Source of the DNA: Candidatus Thorarchaeota archaeon
GTDB taxonomy: Archaea > Asgardarchaeota > Heimdallarchaeia > Hodarchaeales > Hodarchaeaceae
Length of the DNA: 32,000 bases
Reading direction: 5' to 3'
Assembly (NCBI GenBank): GCA_048882505.1
Contig: JBHLRO010000001.1
Location: 330,001-362,000 of the forward strand
In this document: one piece after another, positions 1 to 7,692 of the stretch
Layout of the letters: the number at the start of each line of letters is the position of its first letter
How positions within the stretch are numbered: position 1 is the first letter of the stretch
Translations under genes and position numbers: made by a program
The notes under the pieces: generated by a model
The model's database searches: none
What the model was told of the DNA's origin: nothing
What the model saw: only the letters and a program-made list of their open reading frames with translations

Positions 1-2
1 CC

Positions 3-536
3 AAGAATTTTCTGTTTAGCGATAGAGTTTCATTCCCTGTTTTCGAATTTCAACCGTTATCAAAAGCGTTATATCGTATCCAGGATACCGCTGCCTTAGT
101 AAGGAACCTTACCATCCTTTCTCATCTAACTGGCGAACCCAAATGGCGTGATATGGCCACAAGATGCATCGCCAGCTATTCATCATATTTAGATGTATCT
201 CGAGAGGTTCCATTTCCACCTGAATTTGTCATTTCCCTTTATCACTTAATAGAAAGTCCTATCGAAGTTTTAATTTTTGGAAAACCGAATAATAGTGTCG
301 TCCAAGGGATTTTGGCTGAAGTTAAGATGATCTATGAACCTTTTAAAATAATTCAACTGCTAAACCCAGAAACTGATTCTCATCTCATTAAAAAACGAAT
401 CCCAGAGGCACAGCTTTTTCCACGACCCGTAGCTTATATAAAAATCGATAATATGCTTTCACCGCCGGCTTTCACGCCCAAAGAAATACAAACCATGCTC
501 CATTCGTTGGTTCAAGCCATTGAAATGAATTCCTAA
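3..536 (+). CDS. 3' part (5'-truncated by window) of a YyaL/SPATA20-like thioredoxin-domain/six-hairpin protein
   Basis: The frame is open from base 3, not only from the ATG at 153. LVRNLTILSHLTGEPKWRDMA and PIEVLIFG...YEPFKII...VAYIKIDNMLSPP resemble the YyaL C-terminal region. Confidence 0.55.
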   Translation, partial: KNFLFSDRVSFPVFEFQPLSKALYRIQDTAALVRNLTILSHLTGEPKWRDMATRCIASYSSYLDVSREVPFPPEFVISLYHLIESPIEVLIFGKPNNSVVQGILAEVKMIYEPFKIIQLLNPETDSHLIKKRIPEAQLFPRPVAYIKIDNMLSPPAFTPKEIQTMLHSLVQAIEMNS

Positions 537-596
537 CCCTACCCTCCTGTAAACGGGGAAAAATGATCTGTCCCTGGAATCCTTTGTTTTGAGAGG

Positions 597-1688
597 TTGA
601 GTCACTTGGCAGAAGAAGTCATTTTAATCGATTCAAAAAAGCTGAAGAAGTTCATTAAGGAAGTTTTCCAACGTTTAGGTACTCCAGCTGAAGATGCAGA
701 GATATGTGCTGATGTTTTGAATAGAAGCGATCTCACAGGTATTGAGTCTCATGGGGTACAAAGATTAAAGATGTACTATGATCGAATTAAGAAAGGTATT
801 CAATCTCCAGTCACCAAAATAACTGTTATCCAAGATTCTCAGTCAGTTGCCCGTCTTGATGCCGGACACGGCATGGGTCATGTAGCCGCCTATCGGGGAA
901 TGCAGATTGCTATTAGCAAGGCCAAACAATTTGGAATTGGAGCTGTCGCTGTTGGTAATTCAACACACTTCGGGATAGCTGGATACTATAGCATGATGGC
1001 TGTAAAGGAGGGAATGGTTGGAATCACCATGACAAATGCTCGTCCTTCAATCGCTCCTACGTTCGGAACTGAGCCAATGATGGGTACAAATCCACTTACA
1101 ATTGGTATCCCGACTGATGAGGAATTTCCGTTTCTATTTGATGCGGCGACCTCTATAACTCAGCGAGGAAAAATCGAGGTTTTGGCTAGGACAAATACAC
1201 CTACTCCTCGTGGTTGGGTTATTGATAGCGAAGGGAAGATGTCTACCAATAGTATAGAAATCTTGAAGGATTTACTGAACGGAACTGCGGCCTTGCTTCC
1301 TCTCGGAGGCGAGGGCGAGACACTCGGCGGTTATAAGGGGTACGGTTTTGCGGCTGCTGTAGAAATACTAACGGCTGCGCTTTCTGATGGTCCGTTTTTG
1401 ACAGATCTAACCTTAGAAAAGGGATATAAGTTAGGTCATTTCTTCCTTGCTCTTAATATTGAAAATTTCTTGCCGCTAAAAGCATTCAAAACCATAGCAG
1501 GAAGTATTTTACGTAAACTTAGGAATTCACGAAAAGCTCCAGGCCATGAACGCATCTATACTGCTGGGGAAAAGGAATATGAAACAGAGATTAAACGAAA
1601 GAAAAGTGGGATTCCAATCAATAGATCCATTCTTGAGGATTTGAGGGTTATGAGGCAGGAGCTGAATTTGGAGAATTATTCGTTTTAA
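597..1688 (+). CDS. Ldh_2 family (malate/L-lactate/ureidoglycolate-type) NAD(P)-dependent oxidoreductase
   Basis: Motifs GIESHGVQRL..Y, STHFGIAGYY, GTNP, FDAATS...RGKI, GGYKGYG. TTG start. Confidence 0.9.
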   Translation: MSHLAEEVILIDSKKLKKFIKEVFQRLGTPAEDAEICADVLNRSDLTGIESHGVQRLKMYYDRIKKGIQSPVTKITVIQDSQSVARLDAGHGMGHVAAYRGMQIAISKAKQFGIGAVAVGNSTHFGIAGYYSMMAVKEGMVGITMTNARPSIAPTFGTEPMMGTNPLTIGIPTDEEFPFLFDAATSITQRGKIEVLARTNTPTPRGWVIDSEGKMSTNSIEILKDLLNGTAALLPLGGEGETLGGYKGYGFAAAVEILTAALSDGPFLTDLTLEKGYKLGHFFLALNIENFLPLKAFKTIAGSILRKLRNSRKAPGHERIYTAGEKEYETEIKRKKSGIPINRSILEDLRVMRQELNLENYSF

Positions 1689-1860
1689 ACAGGTTGGGAC
1701 CAAGAAACTGGAGTAAAAGGCGAAGTAAAACGCCTACAATCTGATTAGCACTTTTAATCGATTTTTGAATGATCGATGGTTTCCATGACGATAATCTAAA
1801 CCTTAGCTAGCTCAACAGATTCCTTTTGGCCTCGCTTCTGACGAAAAACGTAAAAATAAC

Positions 1861-3270
1861 CTATTTGAATGCATTTACGATATATTTCAATTCCTCTTGA
1901 ACAACCCCTTTGGCAAGCAGGAAACGCTTATACCATCTTCTATATTCGTCCAAAATCATTTTTTCATACTCTATGAAAAACAATACTCCACTAGCAATGA
2001 GCGAGGCGGTTCCTGCTAGAATAAAGATGATTAAAGTAGGATTATTACCAGCAAATACGTTTAAAATCTGAGCTCCTAGAAGTCCTACTAGAGGTTGCGT
2101 CCAAGACGATGCAAACTGGTTAATTCCCATAAATTGTGCCTCTTTTCCTTCTGGTACTAAATCTGCTGGCAGAGAGATTCTTACTGACTCGATGAATATA
2201 GCTCCGAGACCTGCTATTACAGCAAGGGAAATTAAGGCCGCCCATGAAGACGCTCCAAAAAAGCCAGTTCCAAAGCAATATATCGCATATAAGATAGAGC
2301 CAGCCATCGCTGTTTTCACCTTTCCAACACGTTGAATGATCAGGCCGGCTGGAATGGCCGCGATCGCGGCAACGACTCCCGTTATAATGAGAACAATACC
2401 TTCATTTCCCTCTCCAATAACTGCGATCGCAGCTGGTGTTGAAAGATGTATTATTAAATACATGGAAATACTAGCGACTGCGAAACCCCAAAGACTCTGG
2501 ACTACGAGCATCTTCCCGAAATCTCTTCCGCCAAAGGTTACAAGATATTTTGGCGTACTTCGTATATCAAGAAAAGTGGAATCTATTGGTTCAAAAGGTG
2601 GATTAACCTTCTCTACCAAGAAAAAAATAGCCAACCCAGCGACCAAAAAGAGGATACCTGTTACAAAAAACATTCTCATAATTCCATAATTATCAATAAC
2701 CGCTCTGAGTAAAACAATGCCCGCAAAAGATCCGATTGTTGTGAAACCTGCCAAAATTAATCCTACCCATCCCCTTTGATCTCTAGTGAATAGCTCAGAC
2801 ATCAAGGCATATGCTGGCGATGACCCCAGTCCCAAACCAACGTATATGATGAAAAAAAGTATTGGAAAAATAAGAATGAGAGATTCAATTGGAAAAACTT
2901 CCCCAAAAATCGGCAATAGAATTATGGTTGTGCCGGACATGGTTGTTCCAGCTAGGATAAAAGGTGCACGGGCACCATATCTGGACCGAAAATCATCTGA
3001 AAAAGCTCCACCAACAATTACAGTCAAAAGTAAGCCGATAGAGCCCGCGGCGGTGGAATAACTAAAGATAGTGTTTGCTTGTGTCTCATCTAATCCAAGA
3101 ACCGGTCTTAGATACCATGTGTTATAATAGGTAAGAATTAATGAAATAAAAAACGCACTGAGAAAGCCATAGAGGCCGATTGCTATAAGGTTCCTATATT
3201 TCTGTTGTAGAGGAAATCGAATGCGAAGAAGCTCAGTGGTCTTATCGATAATTGCCTGGGTGGTCATCAT
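1861..3270 (-). CDS. MFS transporter
   Basis: About 12 hydrophobic segments, loop motif GAFSDDFRSRYGARAPFILAG, and a C-domain repeat IQRVGKVK. Confidence 0.85.
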   Translation of the reverse strand: MMTTQAIIDKTTELLRIRFPLQQKYRNLIAIGLYGFLSAFFISLILTYYNTWYLRPVLGLDETQANTIFSYSTAAGSIGLLLTVIVGGAFSDDFRSRYGARAPFILAGTTMSGTTIILLPIFGEVFPIESLILIFPILFFIIYVGLGLGSSPAYALMSELFTRDQRGWVGLILAGFTTIGSFAGIVLLRAVIDNYGIMRMFFVTGILFLVAGLAIFFLVEKVNPPFEPIDSTFLDIRSTPKYLVTFGGRDFGKMLVVQSLWGFAVASISMYLIIHLSTPAAIAVIGEGNEGIVLIITGVVAAIAAIPAGLIIQRVGKVKTAMAGSILYAIYCFGTGFFGASSWAALISLAVIAGLGAIFIESVRISLPADLVPEGKEAQFMGINQFASSWTQPLVGLLGAQILNVFAGNNPTLIIFILAGTASLIASGVLFFIEYEKMILDEYRRWYKRFLLAKGVVQEELKYIVNAFK

Positions 3271-3482
3271 TATTCACTTCAATACACTAGAGAGGTATTC
3301 CAGAATAGTACGCCAATTTAATTTCTAGGGAGTAACAACGCAGCTAAGGTATATTAAGATTCATATTATCTGGAGAATTCTTCTTTGGCATTATTAACGA
3401 ATATTCCTATACCACAATCGAGAAAATCCATGTTGGTCTTTGTTTGCTATCCCATATGCATGTCTGAGGTATATGCAGCATT

Positions 3483-4448
3483 TCATTGAAAGAGCGGATC
3501 CATTATTTTGGCAGCGGCCGTGTATGGATCTTCTTTTCTGTCAATAACCAATTGAAGGATTTCCTCCCATTGTTGACGATCGTATACGTTCTCTAGCATA
3601 TTTTCAAAGATTTCGTACTTTATTATTTCTTGGATTTCGCTCTTTCTACGAGCGAATTCTCGTTCACGGGCGTATTTACGATTTCTCGGGTTGACCAAGA
3701 ACTTTTGGTGCCGAATGATAGTATCTACAAGCTCGGAAATGCCTTGCAATGGGTGTATATTGGAGGTTTTAAGAACAGGAATTTTCCATTCAGATAATCC
3801 TTCATTTATTGGAGAGAGACTTAGAAGGAGCTGTAATTCTTTAACCAGCTCATTGGCTCCCGGACGATCCGCTTTATTGACTACATAGATATCTGCTATC
3901 TCAAGGATTCCCGCTTTAATGGCTTGAATAGCATCCCCAGCACCAGGGATTCCTATTACAATGGTTGTGTGAGCTGTTTTACCAATTTCAATCTCCGATT
4001 GGCCAGCACCAACGGTTTCTACTAGGATTAGATCAAATCCCGCCGCCTCAAGAATTCGAATTGCATCAGTAGTAGCTCTTGCCAATCCACCAGCCCTCCC
4101 GCGAGATCCCATCGATCTGATAAATACATCTGGATCTCCTTGGATAGAGGTCATTCGAATCCTATCTCCTAAAAGAGCCCCGCCACTAAACGGTGACGAG
4201 GGATCAACAGCAATGATTCCTACTCGTTTCTGACGTTTAAGAAGATCTTCTGCGATATTATTCACTAGTGTGGATTTCCCCGATCCTGGAGGTCCCGTAA
4301 TACCAACAATGAAAGATTTCCCTGTTGCTGGAAAAATCTGCTTTATTATATCGCGATAATATTGGGATTGGCTTTCAACAAGAGTAATTGCCCTTGCAAC
4401 CGCTCTCTTGTCCCCTTGAAGTATTTTATTTACCAGAGACTGCATCAA
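3483..4448 (-). CDS. meaB: MeaB/ArgK methylmalonyl-CoA mutase-associated GTPase
   Basis: GITGPPGSGKST, AVDPSSPFSGGALLGDRIRM, FIRSMGSRG..GGL, ETVGAGQSE, NKAD. Start is TTG 4448 or ATG 4445. Confidence 0.93.
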   Translation of the reverse strand: MMQSLVNKILQGDKRAVARAITLVESQSQYYRDIIKQIFPATGKSFIVGITGPPGSGKSTLVNNIAEDLLKRQKRVGIIAVDPSSPFSGGALLGDRIRMTSIQGDPDVFIRSMGSRGRAGGLARATTDAIRILEAAGFDLILVETVGAGQSEIEIGKTAHTTIVIGIPGAGDAIQAIKAGILEIADIYVVNKADRPGANELVKELQLLLSLSPINEGLSEWKIPVLKTSNIHPLQGISELVDTIIRHQKFLVNPRNRKYAREREFARRKSEIQEIIKYEIFENMLENVYDRQQWEEILQLVIDRKEDPYTAAAKIMDPLFQ

Positions 4449-4514
4449 TTAACGTTCCTTGCGTCTCAGGAAAAGATTCGAATAAAAAAGGGGTCATGGG
4501 TTCATTTATTGTGC

Positions 4515-4715
4515 CTAGAAAATTTTCTCAATAACGGCGATCAAAATCAGGAGAGCGCCAGTGGCAACAATCCCAATTATCCCAAAAAAACCGACATTCA
4601 CAATGTTATTAGCTGTAATTGCGTCCACAGATGCCCATGCAACAAGCGCCCATATAATCAGAAGGCCGCCGATAAGGAAGTATTCCTTCCACGTCAAGTT
4701 TTGCAAAAAACCCAC
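4515..4715 (-). CDS. Small two-TM membrane protein, unknown function
   Basis: Two hydrophobic stretches. The GTG at 4715 follows an AGGTGGA RBS (the ORF track start at 4742 is an alternative). Same strand as surE and meaB. Confidence 0.6.
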   Translation of the reverse strand: MGFLQNLTWKEYFLIGGLLIIWALVAWASVDAITANNIVNVGFFGIIGIVATGALLILIAVIEKIF

Positions 4716-4888
4716 AAGTTCCACCTTTTTATGCGATAACAAAAGGCCGCTTCTTTAAGGTTTTAAAGATTACCTTTCTAGCTTCGACTAAATGGGAGGT
4801 CTGGGTCATGCTAAATTCTAACACGTAGTATAACATCAAAGGATTTCCCAAGTTTACTAGTATCTATAGATGAGATTTCTACACGCTT

Positions 4889-5707
4889 TCAAAGATTCGT
4901 CAAATACTCAAGTCCTGTGCCTATTTCGGAAGCGTTTCTAGCATCCAAATCCAGGGTGATAGGCGTTACGCTCGTAATTTTTTTCGTCAAAACTGCGAAA
5001 ACATCAGTATCCTCCGGAACCGTTATGGTGTCTCCCCATATCCAGTAATAGGGAATCCCTCGTGGATCTTCCCGCTTTATAGTGAAATCTCTATACTTCG
5101 TTAATGCCATCCTGCAGATTTCTATTGGAGTATCTGGAGAAATCGAAGCAGGGAAGTTTACATTTAGGAATGCTACACCTTCGGGGAGGCCTCCCTCTTC
5201 TAATACCTTTTCTATAATGATGCAAGCCGTCTCGGCGGCTACTTCTAGTCCAGGGATCCATGCATTCTCGTTGAAGAATAATTCTTCGCTAACGTCGATG
5301 GAGAACGCAATAGCGGGAAGACCGAGAAGAGCACTTTCAAAAGCCACGGCACAAGTTCCAGAGGTTAAGACGGAATGAACAGAACAATTTTCTCCTGCAT
5401 TAATGCCGCTGACAACTAGGTCAAATGGCGGAAAATTCTGCTCTTGTCGTGCATGGGCACCAAAGATAACAGCATCAGCTGGCGTTCCCGTCGTTCGCCA
5501 ACCCGTATTTCCGTTACGATAAGACAAAGATATCTCTTCCACACGAATGGGGATGTCAAATGTTATTGCTTTGCCCTCCCCTGATCGTTGTAAACTGGGA
5601 GCCACAATGGTCACGTCCCAGTTCCGCTTGTCCATAGCTATGGCTAACGCGCGAATTCCAGGGGCATATATGCCATCATCGTTTGATAGAAGTATATTTG
5701 GAGCCAT
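4889..5707 (-). CDS. surE: 5'/3'-nucleotidase SurE
   Basis: ILLSNDDGIYAPGI, VAP...RSG, GTPADAV, SGINAGEN, SGT, LNVNFP, VTPITLD. Confidence 0.95.
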   Translation of the reverse strand: MAPNILLSNDDGIYAPGIRALAIAMDKRNWDVTIVAPSLQRSGEGKAITFDIPIRVEEISLSYRNGNTGWRTTGTPADAVIFGAHARQEQNFPPFDLVVSGINAGENCSVHSVLTSGTCAVAFESALLGLPAIAFSIDVSEELFFNENAWIPGLEVAAETACIIIEKVLEEGGLPEGVAFLNVNFPASISPDTPIEICRMALTKYRDFTIKREDPRGIPYYWIWGDTITVPEDTDVFAVLTKKITSVTPITLDLDARNASEIGTGLEYLTNL

Positions 5708-5974
5708 GGGGTCTCGTATCGTGATTTTTCCAAGGAGCGTTATCTACCTATAGTACCGCAGTCTTTTAGACCCAAAATAATACCTGGTTGTATTAGAACG
5801 GTTGTTGACAGGAATGGGGAAAAGAAGATGACAAAAATAACGGCCAATTGAAAATATTCCTTTTTCCTGATTTTATCTCAATCTTAATGTTTTCGGAGAT
5901 ACAGGGCCGAGTCCACGAGGAATTTGAACCTTCATTAGAGGACGAACTGCATCCTTGCATTGCCAAGCTGCTAT

Positions 5975-6025
5975 TATAGTAAGACATATAAAGCTTGTAT
6001 AGCATGTCATACATGATTGCTATAG
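5975..6025 (+). promoter_or_regulatory. Putative promoter plus operator upstream of the RHH-like gene pair
   Basis: TATA-like ATATAAAG at 5986-5993; TATAG at 5975, 5998 and 6021; inverted repeat TATAGCA(5998-6004)/TGCTATA(6018-6024). Confidence 0.45.
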
Positions 6026-6051
6026 TTGAACGCATTGGTGGATTGATAGAC

Positions 6052-6579
6052 ATGTCCAATGAAAATTATGAATCAGATCAAAATGAAGACGGAAGGGTTC
6101 TGAAAAACGTTACGATTAGAGGAGTAGACTCTGATATTTATGAAAACTTTTCTAACAAGATTAAAATGCTTGATATGACCATAGGTGATGCAATAACAAA
6201 AATGATGAGGGATATTGCGGCCAACCTTGATGAAACCTTCACTGACCTTGACCTCAAATCTCCTTTGTCTTCCAGAGCCCTCATCGGTTTGGAAAAAGTT
6301 ACAGTTTCCCATCATAAAAAGCTAGAAATCAATGCAAAGGATTTAGTCGACGCCAATTCACAGATTTCGTTTGCACATATTAACTCGTTAAGAATTGGCG
6401 CTGATGTCACAAAAAACCTGTTTATGAGATACATTCGTAACATCAGCCATTGTAAAGAAGTGAAACTTCCAGGAATTCTGCCAAAGCTTCTTCTTTTGTC
6501 TAAGATAAGTTTTTGTGGTAATATTGAAATGTATGAGGTAGATTCAACTGAATTGGTAGACAATGACATCGTCGATTGA
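6052..6579 (+). CDS. Uncharacterised protein: RHH-like N-terminus plus beta-repeat C-terminal domain (paralog A)
   Basis: ATG 6052 follows a GGTGGA RBS. NVTIRGVDSDIYENF...MTIGDAITKMMRD has a strand-helix-helix pattern. Alignable to 6591..7349. Confidence 0.75.
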   Translation: MSNENYESDQNEDGRVLKNVTIRGVDSDIYENFSNKIKMLDMTIGDAITKMMRDIAANLDETFTDLDLKSPLSSRALIGLEKVTVSHHKKLEINAKDLVDANSQISFAHINSLRIGADVTKNLFMRYIRNISHCKEVKLPGILPKLLLLSKISFCGNIEMYEVDSTELVDNDIVD

Positions 6580-6590
6580 TTTGAATTGAG

Positions 6591-7349
6591 ATGGAAATCG
6601 TGAGTTCTAATTCCAAGGTTTTTAACACCTTACAGATACAATCTACTCTGGCCTCTGACATTGAGCAATATCGAAAAAGAATGATCTTGGATGAGATGCG
6701 CCAAAAGGACATGGAAGTTCTAATCGAAAAGCTTCTACTTGAGAGGGAAATATTGATGACTGATTTAGCGGATTTAAAGGATAATTTGTCTCAATTCGCT
6801 ACTAATGTTACGTACGATATACGAAGTCTAAATTTGCTCCTATCTTCAATAGATGAAATAACGTACAACGATTTTTTTAATTTGTCCAATAAACTCCAGA
6901 TGGCCCCTGGGAAAGTCCTTTCTTCTCTCATGAAAGATTTTATAGATTCAACACGTGAGGGAGTTTTAAAAGATTTTTCTACTAGAAATTTGGAAAATCT
7001 GATTCGGCAGACGAGACCTCGTATTTCAATCAGCAACCAAGAAGAGATTTCCGTTTCCAGGCAAGATCTGATCGATCTAAAAATGAGAATCGATTTCAAA
7101 AACATCAAAGTATTGAATTTTGAGTTTGACGTGGATTTAGAAACGTTTAATGCTTTTGTAGGTAGTATAAGTAACTGTAACCTTGTCCGAATTCCCGTTT
7201 CTATTCCAAAACTGATCATATGGAGTAAAAGCCGCGAATGCTCTTATTATCAATTATATGATTCTGAATCAAAGGAAAAAAAAGCTGTAGCCTATGCCAT
7301 GGAAGCGAATGAAGTGGTAGAAGAATGGAGAAAGAATTTAAGGGACTAG
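6591..7349 (+). CDS. Uncharacterised protein: coiled-coil plus RHH-like plus beta-repeat domain (paralog B)
   Basis: Starts 11 nt after paralog A. Heptad M-L-L-L-F at aa 41-69; C-terminal half aligns with paralog A (DL....I.F..I..L....DV....F......I..C..V..P...PKL...SK...C). Confidence 0.75.
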   Translation: MEIVSSNSKVFNTLQIQSTLASDIEQYRKRMILDEMRQKDMEVLIEKLLLEREILMTDLADLKDNLSQFATNVTYDIRSLNLLLSSIDEITYNDFFNLSNKLQMAPGKVLSSLMKDFIDSTREGVLKDFSTRNLENLIRQTRPRISISNQEEISVSRQDLIDLKMRIDFKNIKVLNFEFDVDLETFNAFVGSISNCNLVRIPVSIPKLIIWSKSRECSYYQLYDSESKEKKAVAYAMEANEVVEEWRKNLRD

Positions 7350-7402
7350 GGAGGCATGTTAAACGTTAAAGGTATAACCTAGATTGATAATAATCGAGAC
7401 GT

Positions 7403-7669
7403 TTGGATCGTAATAGCCCCCTATATCAATTAAGTGTGATGTTTGTTTCCCTAATAACATTCCTGTTTGTATTGTTTGTTTTACCAACCCTCCCTCCCCA
7501 CTTTATTATCCCGATTTTTATAGGAATGATAATACTTATGGGAATTAGCTTTGTGATTCGTTACAGGAGAATGAAGTCACAATCTTCTCAAAAAGAGGAT
7601 TTCGATTACTCTTCTTCTACAAAACACTATATAGAGCAAATAGATGCCCTCTTAGGCGATAAAAAGTAA
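7403..7669 (+). CDS. Small two-TM membrane protein
   Basis: Two hydrophobic helices followed by RYRRMK (positive-inside) and a polar tail. Start uncertain (TTG 7403 or a downstream ATG). Confidence 0.65.
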   Translation: MDRNSPLYQLSVMFVSLITFLFVLFVLPTLPPHFIIPIFIGMIILMGISFVIRYRRMKSQSSQKEDFDYSSSTKHYIEQIDALLGDKK

Positions 7670-7692
7670 TAAACCATGCATAACGCAAATAA

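Noticed and set aside
2336-3061. Plus-strand ORFs 2336..2689 and 2786..3061
   Set aside because: They are antisense shadows of the MFS gene. The same applies to the other short track ORFs nested opposite meaB, surE, the paralog pair, GH38, the MTases, ilvE, the ABC genes, MFS2, GNAT and SnoaL.
3483-4448. meaB without an adjacent methylmalonyl-CoA mutase
   Set aside because: meaB is often unlinked from its mutase, and the rest of the genome is not visible.
5793-6059. Minus-strand 88-aa ORF and a plus-strand ~43-aa frame in the surE/paralog-A gap
   Set aside because: Low-complexity or unrecognisable translation, no RBS, and overlap with the better-supported promoter and RBS of 6052.
7349-7382. 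GGGAGG followed by ATG (8-aa mini-ORF)
   Set aside because: The RBS is only 1 nt from the ATG, and the frame differs from 7403.
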